From contig OX597821.1 of assembly GCA_951406725.2 (NCBI GenBank), forward strand, positions 27,404,001 to 27,468,000: a stretch of 64,000 bases of DNA, written 5' to 3'. Under the pieces are notes generated by a model, which ran no database searches, was not told the DNA's origin, and was given only the letters and a program-made list of their open reading frames with translations. Of this stretch, positions 41,453 to 54,452 are shown piece after piece. Position numbers and translations under genes: made by a program. Each line of letters starts with the position of its first letter. Positions within the stretch are counted from its first letter, which is position 1. The DNA is from Octopus vulgaris. Taxonomy: Eukaryota.

Positions 41453-41455
<3 letters not shown>
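41030..41455 (+). mobile_element. Two tandem pLTR-like repeats with variant HHR core
   Basis: 41048 aTGTTGA agagcgtaggcag GAAAC GTA aaagac and 41323 CTGTTGA agagc gtag gctc GAAAC GTA aaagac. Shared downstream cacctg.cttcgtcttttgttt. Confidence 0.7.
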
Positions 41456-41486
<31 letters not shown>

Positions 41487-42885
41487 TGTATATATATATC
41501 TTTGTTTTATGTTCTGTAATTGTAGTCTCTATACATATGTCTCGAGCCTAATTGTGCTTATCTGCTCGATTTGGATTGCTCTTATAACCGATGCACACTG
41601 AGGTTAATTTTGTTTTTCTCTCCATTTCTCTCTTCTGTATATTAATCTTACTTGCAGCTACAGCAAGACGGCCCACCATTACACAACCGGCGCTACATTT
41701 CATTTACTTATCGTAACATGTTCATGCCATATCTCACCCACTCAGTCTCATACAATACACTCAGACAATACAGTTATCCAATGAACATATACTTAGATAA
41801 CACGTTACAACAGGGATACGACAATAATGGTTCTTTCAACATATGAATAGGATATCACCAAATTATCTTATTGTCATTACCAGTATCTGGTTAAAGACTT
41901 CACAATCGTTCTAGTCATTGGCTAAAAAATCGTGTAGGATCGGTTTGGGAGATATCATACCCTTAACAAATCTGGGGACGTCTTCTGACGACTAAGCTAT
42001 CTCATAAGTTACTTCCTTGCTTAATTATATTGTCAATGAGAAAGCTATACAAATGTTTGCGAGGGCTTCTTGCTTTCCAACTTGGATGAGTGTTGCTCTT
42101 CAGGTACAGATAATTTAAGTGAGTTCAAGAAGAGCGTGACTCATTTGGATGGAGTCATTCATAATCTTGTCGCATGTCCACGTGCTTGTTTGTATGATGG
42201 TGTGTTTGTACATTTGCACGTGTTTATGCATGTATCATCTTTCGTATAATGAGGCAATCTTCTATGTACCTGTGTTTATATATATATAGATTATATACAG
42301 ATAGATTGATAGGTAGGAAGGTAGATAGATACACACACACACACACACACATATATGTATATATATTATTATATATAGAGATATCTATATACTCACATGT
42401 ATATGCATGTGTATATATACATAAGTATATAATTATGCATGTATAAATATACATGTATACATTTATATTTATATTGCTTTTTCTCTCTTTTCGCCGATCT
42501 CTCTCTTTCTATATATATATATGCATTTATTGATGATGAGCCGCGTGTTGTAAATCCTACGTAATTATCTTTGCATCCGGTTCTTGAGATAGTTGGGTAG
42601 ACATTCTACTTCTAATCTTGTAAAAAAGAATATATTTTCAATATAAAAACAAGAAGCTGTGTACATGTTTAAGATTAGCTTTCTAATAAGAATCTATCTC
42701 CAGATTCGATGATTGCATCAACGCGGAACGGAATAGTTAAAAGGCCTACGCTGATCAATCCTTATTCATTTCGAACATAGCCTGGACAATTGCAACCTGC
42801 ACAAAAACTATTGTATTGTGTGTCTGTCTTTTGAATCCAGCTAACTACAAAGGGAATAAGAATGTAGGCAACATGTGTGTGTGAT

Positions 42886-42944
<59 letters not shown>

Positions 42945-43875
42945 GAGGCGTATGGGATGAATGTGCGTGAGCATGTGTAGGAGTGTTCGGGATGAGCGTG
43001 TTTGTATGCGTGTGTGTGTATTTACGTCTAAAGTCAAAAGTGCAAGGGGCGAACTGCGTTTAAAATTTGGTGACCTTTCACCTAACTCTAATCATTTAGA
43101 AATTTCTCTTCAGTTTTTCCCCTTTTCATCTCATTTTCATTATAACATCAATAAGAATGAAACATTTCACTCTCTTCTCACGAAGCAAATCTTATATATG
43201 CCAATTTCTCTTCGTATATATTTATTGTGGGTAAGTAATCACTGATGCTATGGATTTGCCTCCAGTTGGAGAGGTTTGGAAAGAACCTAACAAGTAAACT
43301 TGAAACCAGTGGCTCGAAAAGTAACCGTAAAGGGATTGCACTGGATATTAAACGTTAAATCTTGCAACGTCTTAAATGGGAACAACATGTGACAGCAGAG
43401 ATTAGCTCAAGAAGCCACTCCGTTTACTGTACGATAAAATATTGAAACTGATGAATTGCCGTGTCCCACTACTGCCCACACAGTTCTATAGCTTTCGTTT
43501 TCTTTTGATACGTCGAATGCCAGAATTATTCAAATTTCACTGGAACTTTGTTTGTATCATGTAATATGTAGGCAGTTGACAATGTTTAAATCGTTGGATT
43601 CCGTACAAAAATCTGCAATGCCTTACGTACAGACGTAATAAGGCAACAATGCATTTTCATTTCTGCCACGTGAATCTGAAAGAAGCGAAAGAAAGTCGCT
43701 TTAAATGGGAGTCATATAATGAAAATTATGTCCTCTGAAACACGTCTCGCACCCTGTATTTCAGATGTTGCCATTTGAACTCTATCACTCAATATTTTTG
43801 ACTTTCAACAACTACACACGCACACCCAAACGCGCACTCACAGACACGCACAAGCATATATATATATACATATAT

Positions 43876-44058
43876 AAATTATTACATTATATAAAAGGGC
43901 TTAGTAAAATAAAGTAATTTATTTGGCAAAGTAATTTATTTTACTAAGCCCTTTTATATAATGTAATAATTTGAATTCGCCTTAAATGGTCCCTTTGCAT
44001 ACTGAACACTTGGTGAAATTGATTAATAATTAATTAATTTTACCCTCAATTGTTGAAA
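43876..44058 (+). mobile_element. Minimal fold-back insertion of the 562-bp HHR family
   Basis: 43925-44058 is the reverse complement of ~7487-7620; 43876-43915 is the inverted arm. Same two termini as the 7487 copy. Confidence 0.88.
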
Positions 44059-44059
44059 T

Positions 44060-44114
<55 letters not shown>

Positions 44115-44277
44115 GTGTTACACACATGGTGATATGGTGGTGTTTTACCAGGATGTAATCAATCAAATGCAGCCGAAACAGCTTTTGAATCTTGTCTTCT
44201 TTATACGTACGCATTCTTTGTGCAACTTGATGCTATATGTGGGTTGCATCTATAGTTTATACACACACGCACGCACA

Positions 44278-44344
<67 letters not shown>

Positions 44345-44935
44345 ACACATATCATTAGTATTCATTATTCCCAACTGCTGTTGATGTGTTCGAAATTACT
44401 GCTCATTTTTTTTTGCTTTTAATCCACGTCTCTCTCACCACATATCCTTTGTATTGCTAACTTCAATAATCTTTCTTTAAATTCATTACATTTTCTAATT
44501 TAGAAATAAATACAATCTACATCTCCAACTCACCTTTACTAAATTTCTCTCCTCCCTCTCTGTCTCATTGTAACTTTTATTTGCTTTCTTATTCTTTAAT
44601 TTGATCGGGTCGCTTTAATTACTTTTCTCACTACATTTCACATCAGCTCTCTCTTTTTCTGTCTCTTTATATTTAATCTCCGCATACTTGTATTTCCGTT
44701 ATTTTTCCCTCAATAAATTTTAATTGCCTTAATCCATTTTCCTCATATATTTCTCGTTATATATATGTATATATATTTTCTTTTTTACTCCCATAATTAG
44801 TTTGCCTTTACTGTTAAGTTTGCTTGAATGTCGATTACTCTGCTTGTCACTTCTCGTCTAATGTCTTGTATAATATGTCTCTCTGTTATTCTCTCTTACA
44901 CACAAACCCATACACCCGCATAATCCTTCTCTCTC

Positions 44936-44975
<40 letters not shown>

Positions 44976-45173
44976 TCTTTCCATCTACCTATCCGATCTA
45001 TCTATATGTATGTATGCATGTAAGTATGTATGAATGTATGTATATATATGTATATATACATACATACATACACACATATATATACATATACATACATACA
45101 CACGCACACACACACATACATATGTATATATATATATATGTCATACAAACTTATATGCATATATACAAATAAT

Positions 45174-45204
<31 letters not shown>

Positions 45205-46287
45205 ATGTGTGTGTGCGTGTGAGCATCTATATAATTATGTGCGGTTGTATATATATATATGCATTACTTCTATCTACCTGAATCTCGTCCATTTCCCACC
45301 CCTCTCCAAGAATGTCATTTATTTCTATCTACCTTTCGTAGTAAATCTCAAAAATAAAATTCTTTGATGAAAATTTGGAGCTGTACCAATGTTAGGGAAC
45401 TTTAATACTACAGATGATTGACTGTGAATATCAAATTCCGCTCCATATTCAAATAACAACAATACCAACAAAAATAATAAAAAACAAAGCAATCAATAGC
45501 ATAAAAAACAATGCCACCATCACCACCACCAACATCAAATACGTTCATACCCGAAGTAGCATCAACAAAATCATGGACGACAACAGTAATGAATATAACA
45601 GATCAACAGCTTTTAATACATTCAATATGACGCAATCACATGTTCCCTGCCAGTAGTTACGTCCATGAATTATTATTATTGCATGCTTAAGGATCTTTAT
45701 AGATTTTCATTTATTTTTCAATGGTTTTATTTAATGCTATTATATATTTGTTTTTTTATTTTGTTTTCCATTTTATTTTTATATTATTCTAATTTAAAAT
45801 GATTTAAATTTCAATTATCGTCTGAAATTTATTTTTATTCTTTTTTCTGTTTATATATATTTTTTTCGTCTTTCAGATTCTAGTTTTAAATCTTGATTTT
45901 TTTCTTTGTTTTCGCTATGTTGTGTGTATGTTCGAATTAATGCGCACGCGTGTATGTATACATATGTGTGATTGCGAATGTTTGTGTATGTGTTTATATG
46001 TGTGTTTGTGCTCAATTCGATTAATTGGGAATAAGCAGAGCCGATTGTAGTGGCACAAAGATTATAAAAATTATTCAGAAGATGATAATGCTAACCAATA
46101 TCCGGCAAGATTACTGACGGATACTTCATCATCATCTTAAACGGCAATAATTTTACCGCTGCGGAGAAATTTGAATGAAGTCAGAACCGGCTTGAGATAA
46201 GACGAGCAACTTGAACATCAACAATATCAACAACAACATTCTTTCAAAGCAGTTCAATGCAGCAACATACAACAACGCCATGAAAGC

Positions 46288-46289
<2 letters not shown>

Positions 46290-46353
<64 letters not shown>

Positions 46354-46458
46354 CAACGATGATGATGATTATGATGATGATGATGATGATGACGATGTTA
46401 ATGATGACGATTATGATGATGATGACGATGATGATGATGATGATGATGATGATGACGA

Positions 46459-46500
<42 letters not shown>

Positions 46501-46530
46501 CGACGACGACGACGATGATGATGATGATGC
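46290..46530. repeat. (AAT)n-(GAT/GAC)n microsatellite
   Basis: Direct inspection. Confidence 0.95.
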
Positions 46531-46818
46531 GGCAACAAACAACAAAAAAGGAGAAATTTGAAAATACGCTTTTTAAAGAAATGAAAATGAATATAAATGA
46601 AGTAAAACGAAATCCCGATAGAATATGAAGAAAAAATCAATTTTAATTTTTGAAATGAGAATTTAAAGACCACCAATATTATTCTCTAGGCTGCTGTTTT
46701 TAAATTTCATAATTCTACAATACAAATATATAGTTCTTGTAGAGAGAAAAAAATGTCTGAACAAGATTTTTAAATGTGTTTATCACTATTTGAATTTTAC
46801 TGTTTCGAAATATTGTAA

Positions 46819-46855
<37 letters not shown>

Positions 46856-46973
46856 AATCAAGGAACGGCCATAATAGGCCATTCACCCACTAGAAATAAC
46901 AGCCAAAAGCTTTAACCGCAAAATAACATTAATACCGTAAACCAGGAGAAAATTGAAAAACTTTTACCCTGTA

Positions 46974-47080
46974 ATTTCTTAGACGATGCACCGTTTCATC
47001 TACCGTTTAATGGTAAACTAACCTGATTAAATTAAATCAAGCCAATCCACCATAGGCCCCTAGACTCATCAGTAAGAAAT
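46974..47080 (-). ncRNA. Type I hammerhead ribozyme, copy 1
   Basis: atttctta CTGATGA gtcta[long hairpin]tagat GAAAC ggtgcatc GTC taagaaat. Confidence 0.9.
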
Positions 47081-47458
47081 AGCCAAATCGGGACAGATAT
47101 TTTTCACGAGGCATTCCTCTTGCTGCCTCGGCAATATCTGACCTAAAATTTTCAAATCGTCGCACTCGCGCCAAATTTATCGGCAGCAAATGAACCACCG
47201 ATTCCGTTACGGAACTAACCAGAAAATTCATAATTAATCAATATAGGGTGGCAAAAAAAATTTTGTAGAATTCTTTTGCCACCAGCGGCCTAGTAGGAAA
47301 AAATTAAATAGTCATAAACCATTTTTACGTTCAACATCACAATCAAGGAACGGCCATAATAGGCCATTCACCCACTAGAAATAACAGCCAAAAGCTTTAA
47401 CCGCAAAATAACATTAATACCGTAAACCAGGAGAAAATTGAAAAACTTTTACCCTGTA

Positions 47459-47565
47459 ATTTCTTAGACGATGCACCGTTTCATCTACCGTTTAATGGTA
47501 AACTAACCTGATTAAATTAAATCAAGCCAATCCACCATAGGCCCTTAGACTCATCAGTAAGAAAT
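47459..47565 (-). ncRNA. Type I hammerhead ribozyme, copy 2
   Basis: Same motif, 485 bp from copy 1. Confidence 0.9.
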
Positions 47566-47873
47566 AGCCAAATCGGGACAGATATTTTTCACGAGGCATT
47601 CCTCTTGCTGCCTCGGCAATATCTGACCTGAATGGTTTATGACTATTTAATTTTTTCCTACTAGGCCGCTGGTGGCAAAAGAATTCTACAAAATTTTTTT
47701 TGCCACCCTATATTGATTAATTATGAATTTTCTGGTTAGTCCCGTAACGGAATCGGTGGTTCATTTGCTGCCGATAAATTTGGCGCGAGTGCGACGATTT
47801 GAAAATTTTAGGTCAGATATTGCCGAGGCAGCAAGAGGAATGCCTCGTGAAAAATATCTGTCCCGATTTGGCT

Positions 47874-47980
47874 ATTTCTTACTGATGAGTCTAAGGGCCT
47901 ATGGTGGATTGGCTTGATTTAATTTAATCAGGTTAGTTTACCATTAAACGGTAGATGAAACGGTGCATCGTCTAAGAAAT
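47874..47980 (+). ncRNA. Type I hammerhead ribozyme, copy 3
   Basis: Stem I atttctta/taagaaat (8 bp), CTGATGA 47882-47888, GAAAC 47957-47961, GTC 47970-47972 (predicted cleavage after 47972). Confidence 0.9.
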
Positions 47981-48239
47981 TACAGGGTAAAAGTTTTTCA
48001 ATTTTCTCCTGGTTTACGGTATTAATGTTATTTTGCGGTTAAAGCTTTTGGCTGTTATTTCTAGTGGGTGAATGGCCTATTATGGCCGTTCCTTGATTGT
48101 GATGTTGAACGTAAAAATGGTTTATGACTATTTAATTTTTTCCTACTAGGCCGCTGGTGGCAAAAGAATTCTACAAAATTTTTTTTGCCACCCTATATTG
48201 ATTAATTATATATATATATATATATGTATGTTTGTATTC

Positions 48240-48289
<50 letters not shown>

Positions 48290-48294
<5 letters not shown>

Positions 48295-49975
48295 ATGTAT
48301 CAGTCGGAGGAGTTTAATACCTCTATGGGATAATTACATCGGAAGTCGCCCCTGGTTATTACCAGGGAAGGTACAGTCTTTTGTAAAGTATATAGTAGCA
48401 GGCTATTCGGTTGGCGGACAGTAGTTTAGGTTATATACGAGTAGAAAACGGGTGTAAATAACAGGGGGAGACTCGTCGTTTTCGCTGGTATGACTTTAAT
48501 TTAATTAGATAACAAGGAAGAGGAAAGCAATGATGAAGGTAGCATTTAATATCGTTCCAATTTATTAGTTTTAGTAAATCTCTTCAGAATAAAAAAAAAT
48601 AGATTGATACATCGGTCAGGATGCGAAAATAATTGATACATATGTGATGGTAATAGAAGCAAAGTTAGTAAGTATTACATCAAATTTTGTTCTTGAGCTG
48701 GGAATTTAGATTCCGAGTTTGAATATGTACTTTTTTTCGAACGTGTGTATCAAATTAGTTGAAGCCTGCGGTTACTTTTAGACACCGCCGGTGTAAATGA
48801 AGGGGATAACGTGATCTTAGGGTGAAAATAGAGCTGACTCGTACCAGTTTTATTAGACTAGTTAGGATGGTTTAAAATTGTATTATGGCTAAAAATAATA
48901 TTATTACTAGAGTATAATATTATTACTAGAGTTTAGGAAGTTCTCAGTGCTACAAGGGGTCCTATGTAGGTGCAAAATAAATTATTATGGAATGTGGCGG
49001 GTGAGTGTGTTTGCAGGGTGAGCGTTTGTTTGTAAGTGTTTAAGGTGGTTCCCAGCTAATTATATAGATGACCATTGTAGTTTGGGATTTATAAAACGTC
49101 ATATTAATTTACGGTATTTTGAAAAGACATAAAGGTCTACTTGAAGAAAAAAATGTTATTCTAACGCTATTTTGAAAATACATAAAGACCCACATGAAGA
49201 CAAAAATAGTTGTTCACAAATTTCCTGTTCAGGTGGAGTTGTTTAGCCATAAGTATAGCTAGGCGTACTGATAGGCAAAGATCGCAGCGTTTATTCGGGG
49301 TGTTGTACGAAGTTGTTTGTTGTGAGTAGTCGCTAGTTTAATCCATAATCTATTTATTGTATCCTTAAGTTCCCAAATGTATGTACCGCGCCTTACTTGG
49401 TTTGGCCTCCTATTTCTGAATGTCAATTAGTGCGCGTTATATCTAAGAATCATTTGGTTCTTCGTGGCGCCTATATATGATTTTGTCTGGCTAATTGTGT
49501 GCACGTCACATTGGTAAACTACATTATTTGTCTTGCATCTATTTTAGAAAGGGCACTTTGTTCACAGCCGCACAAATAATTAGGTATATCTTAGTTCGTG
49601 TTGTGTGTGTTTGTGTGTATGTGGGGCTGTTATTATTCAGCTGTATATCTAAGTTAGCAGAAGGCGCTGCGTCGGTGGTGGGCTTAGTTCTATTAGTTGG
49701 TTGTTTTTTTTTATTTTTTATGGTTCACAAGCTTTCTAGTTTCATAGAATTTGTCTACTTTTAAAAATTATTTATTGAGACTATTGTAGTGGCTAAGTCT
49801 GGCTGTGCCCTATTCTAATTTTATTCCTAAATAATTATGCGTATTTCTCATTAACGGTTTGGTGTTTGCTTATGATATTTAGTAACGAGCGAAGTATGTT
49901 TCATTTGAGTTGCATGGTGTAGGGGATTACGAGCCAGATATTATCACTATTTTGTTTATTTTTTGTGTTGTTTTT
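48290..49975 (-). mobile_element. Decayed Penelope element 3' region: GIY-YIG (~49170-49575) and pLTR
   Basis: Minus strand KCPF*NRCKTNNVVYQCDVHTISQTKSYIGATKNQMILRYNAH*LTFRN...YIWELKD...KRCDLCLSVRLAIL...LNRK. Decayed HHR-like motif at 48544-48590. Confidence 0.82.
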
Positions 49976-50002
49976 CTAGTATTGAAAATATATATACATG
50001 TA

Positions 50003-50136
<134 letters not shown>

Positions 50137-50160
50137 ATATGTATGTATATATATATACTT

Positions 50161-50227
50161 GGCCTGAAGAGTAGCCCTGGATATTTACCTCTTCCGAAGT
50201 TCTTCTCAGTATGAAACATACGTAGTC
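50161..50227 (+). ncRNA. Possible minimal hammerhead motif
   Basis: ggc CTGAAGA gta...tat GAAAC atac GTA gtc; stems only 2-3 bp; sits between microsatellites. Confidence 0.4.
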
Positions 50228-50259
50228 TGCTTTTTATCTACTCCATTCCTTAGATACTA

Positions 50260-50319
<60 letters not shown>

Positions 50320-51719
50320 TGTATGTGTGTGTGTGTACATATATTACGTATATCACAGTTTGAATGCCACAAATGCATTACCCGATGTAAGATACGTAGC
50401 AAAAACTCGAATCCCATGTATTAAATTGATAAATTAGCTAATTTTAGTTAGGTAATTTAAAATTGCTTCGCAGTATCTTGCTTTTTTACTGCCTGAAGTA
50501 TTGCTTCGAGGTTTCAAGTTTTCCGAATTTTCCATGTAAAGACTCCCAACAAATATTTCCATTTACCGTCTATAATTTTATCATGTTTTAAAATGCACAT
50601 GCTACAGGACTTAGTCAGAACCTGTGATAAAATCTTGAGGAATATTTAAACGCAATTATTCAGAAGATTATTTTTACATTTATATACTTGATCCTAATCT
50701 TGTAAGGGAAGACCTTGACGGTATAAATTCTAATGGGCTGAAGAAACAACATACAATACTCAGTGAATTTGTATTGCCTTGCCGCAACAAAAATATTTTG
50801 GTCCAAAAGTAGCGGCAATCCTCTTCTCAAATACAGTCCGGAATTGGCGATTGATATAGGGAATGATGCATCGTTTTATTTTCATATCACCAACATGAAA
50901 GAAATGTAAATGCGAATGACCTGATGGACTCTGAGAAGTTACAGAAGAAGGAACCAGGAAACAATGCTGGTCTTTATAGAAATTTTATCATCAGCAATTG
51001 GGACTACTGTTTTCAAATATGGTCAATCCACAATCACTATGTTTAAAAGCATAGCGGAACTCGAGAGAGTGCAGTGGGGATACACCTACAAAGTTGTATG
51101 TATGAACCACTTAACCTACTGGGAGATCTTAAAAAATTCGACTTTCTTCCGGGAGCAATGACATGATAGATATGTTTTACAATACATAAAGAAAATTTTC
51201 GAGGACCTGGCATCAAGCTTTAACATCGCGAGTTATAGCAGGCTTCGAAAAACATTGCCACTGTTCTAAAGTTTCCGTCATTATCAGATTATTTGGCATG
51301 TTAAATCGTTGACTCGGCTTTATCTTTTCTTTTTCAGTATCAAGATAGCACACTTAGTGATATAATTTCCATTACTGAAAATTGTTCCTTCATAGTAGAT
51401 GGTAAACCACTCACACTTCCTTTTCCAAATCATATGCTGCTCTCACATCTCAGAAAAGCGTCGTCAAACGTATTAATATCAGTACAAACAAGAGGTGTTG
51501 AGAGATATATTCCTTTTCTGTTGTTCATTATGCCCAATCATATTTCCAAATATCGCCATACAATTCCCATTCCAGTCGTAAGGTGCCATATCACAGTCCT
51601 TTTTGTAATCTATTCATACCATTGCTGGGATCATTAACTTACTTTTGCAGTTACTTCGTATCAGTTTGTATATTAACAGTTCATCCTGAACTGCGTTTAT
51701 AACTCACCTGCAGTCATTT

Positions 51720-51860
51720 GGCTAAACATCCTTGAAAGTTTCATCCGGATCTATCCAGCAGTTCTTGAGATACCTTGTCCACGGACAAAGAAACAAAGAA
51801 ACAAACAAACAAACAAACACAACTGAAAACAATACCCCCGCCTTCGCTGCTGGCTACAGT
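51720..51860 (+). mobile_element. Probable non-autonomous Helitron/Helentron-type repeat end
   Basis: aaagtttcatccggatctatccagcagttcttgagat...(caaa)n...gaaaacaatacccccgcc; pattern recalled from DINE/HINE-like elements (inference). Confidence 0.4.
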
Positions 51861-52049
51861 TTTCACATAATTCGTAAACATGTTCTTGCTCGATAGTGTG
51901 ACACTATTACACTTTGTCCCAATACTCAACAATAATATTCTTTACCCATGTGTCATACACAATGGTTACACCACCACTATTCAGAAGTCCTTGAAATTGG
52001 CTTGAAATTCTAAAATGGCATGGAAATACCGTAATACAATATCCCTTCA

Positions 52050-53060
52050 ATACCTCGGGGCCTAGTGATTTCAAATGTTTCATATTCCCTATATCTTTCT
52101 CCGTTGCTTTCGAGGATATTGTGATATTTTATTGCCTATTTTTACTTCTCAACTTCTCTTCAAATATACCCTCAATTTCAAATTTATGCACGAGCAGGCG
52201 ATCGCACATCTCACCCTAGAACGATACAAACACATCCCTATTCGATATGACTCCATTATTTTAAATCTTTTTCTCTAACCTTTCGAATATTTTTTCTTCT
52301 TCGTTTGGAACATCATGTTCTGTATAAAAATTGTGTCCATCAAATATTTCTAGCATTCCTCGTTTTGAAATAATTGTTTATCAACCGATCCCTTCTGTAA
52401 CCACATCAATTCCGTTTCTACATACGTTGTACTTTCTTTCCAAATGATCATTAATTCCACTATTTTGCAGTTCGTATCTTCAACTGTATAACCTGCTCAT
52501 ATCTTTTCGCATTTGTGCAAAATCCTCAGTTTTCCGTTTACCCACGATGGTTCTTCGTTGCGTTCTCTTGTCTGACATTTTATTTCCAAGATGCTTAGCA
52601 GTTATACATGCAGCTTCTTTGAACACTTCATTCGTTTCAGTGATGCCAGCAGTTTGTCTTTATCCAAAGACTTTCTTGACTTGACTCGGTTTTTCTCACA
52701 GATTCTAGTAATATACGTTCTTCAAATTTGATGGCCCTTCCTTCAATATATGTTCCATTATTTCTTCTGATCCTTTGATTTCTTCATCTTCCTCAATTCT
52801 TCTGCTTTGGAACTTCTAATGCTTCCTCTCTATATATTCTGTATCACGGTGTTATGTCCATCATTGTTTTCGGCTTCAGCAAGATATTCATATCTTTGCT
52901 TTTCATCCATTCGATTATCTAATTGTTCTTCACTCGGTTCACGTCACTCAAACTCCATTGTATTGTCTCTTTTATCTCACAGAACTCTACATATGAAAGG
53001 GACGTATTTGTTCAAATGTGTTGATTCTGGTCGGCAAGTCTTTATCTATTAGTTTCAAAG
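52050..53060 (-). mobile_element. Possible ancient LINE remnant
   Basis: Strong T/C strand skew typical of an antisense A-rich LINE ORF; no clear motif recovered. Confidence 0.25.
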
Positions 53061-53146
53061 ACCCCGATTTCCATCAATGTGGCTATCCTTTGCTTTCTGT
53101 ATCCTCTTCAGCTGTGATTCTTGCTGTTGTTGTTGTTGTTGTTGTC

Positions 53147-53217
<71 letters not shown>

Positions 53218-53455
53218 GCTATTGCACGCTAATTTAGTTATCACGTAATTTATCTTGATGTTTAGTGACAAAAAGTCTCCTCAAATCTCAAGTATCTTAC
53301 AGAATATAGGATGGTGCTTTTCTACAGGCTGACAATTCAAGTTTCACTTTAAATCTCATTCAGTATGTATGGTAGCACTTTGGTTGTTGTGTCAGGGGCA
53401 CCAATTACCGCAGGGACCACTGTGTTATCATGAACATGATCATGATCATCGTCAT

Positions 53456-53835
53456 CATGCGGGAGCACCGTCTTTAGTCGAGAACATTGACCCCAGGACT
53501 TATTCTTTGGAAGCCTAGTACTTATTCTATCGGCCTCTTTTACCGAACCGCTAAGTTACGGGGACGTAAACACACCAGCATTGGTTGTCAATCGATGTTG
53601 GGAAGGGGTAAGCACAGATACACAAACACAGACACACAAACATATACACACATACATGTATATACATATATACGATGGGCTTCTTTCGGTTTCCGTCTAT
53701 CAAATCCACTTACAAGTCTTTGGTCGGCCCGAGGTTATAGTAGAAGACACTTGCCCAAGGTGCCACGCACTGGGAAACAACATGGAACCATGCGGCTGAT
53801 GGCAAGCTACTTACCACGCAGCTACTCCTGCGCCT
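53456..53835 (-). mobile_element. Family B SINE
   Basis: Reverse complement of 33724-34080. Confidence 0.9.
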
Positions 53836-54244
53836 AACTTATTGACTTCTTTTACTTCTATTCCTATCAAATACACAGGGCACTTCTACGTAGGAAGTCT
53901 TCTCAAACACCAAGATACTTCGTCTTTACATTTAATCTCCATCTTTGTTACAGTCACTTGCCGAGACACTCCTAGCGTATTCAGTAGTCGTATTTTTATC
54001 ACGTTCTCTAACTGCATTTACCGGGTGCAGCTCTGTGTGCCTTAAGTATATACTGTGGTTTGTTGTGAGGCTCTTATTTTTCCTGTATTGAAAGCGTTTT
54101 AGGTAGGATGTGTGCGGTAAAAAGAAACCACTTACAATATGGTAAAATATAAGAGCATCTCAAAGAACCAGAGCGAACACCCAAGGCACACAGAGCTGCA
54201 CTCGGTAGTGCAGTGAAAGCACGTGATGAAAATAAGACTAATGG

Positions 54245-54299
<55 letters not shown>

Positions 54300-54391
54300 T
54301 GATGATGATGATGATGAGGATGATGATGATGATGATGATGAGGATGATGATGATGAGGATGAGGATGAGGATGATGATGATGATGATGATG

Positions 54392-54426
<35 letters not shown>

Positions 54427-54452
54427 TAATAATAATAATAATAATAATTAAC

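Larger units (their letters stand above)
46851..48209. mobile_element. Retrozyme-like element: 485-bp non-coding monomer, tandem (46851-47629, minus sense) plus inverted (47631-48209, plus sense)
   Basis: atcacaatcaagg at 46851 and 47336 gives a period of 485. The right arm is the reverse complement and re-enters the unit at ~48116. Copies are nearly identical; (AT)n on both flanks. Confidence 0.92.

Noticed and set aside
47723-47917. 64-aa ORF in the 485-nt monomer (also 47037-47231)
   Set aside because: No recognisable motif, and its recurrence only reflects near-identical copies. It overlaps the ribozyme core, and coding cannot be supported without more divergent copies.
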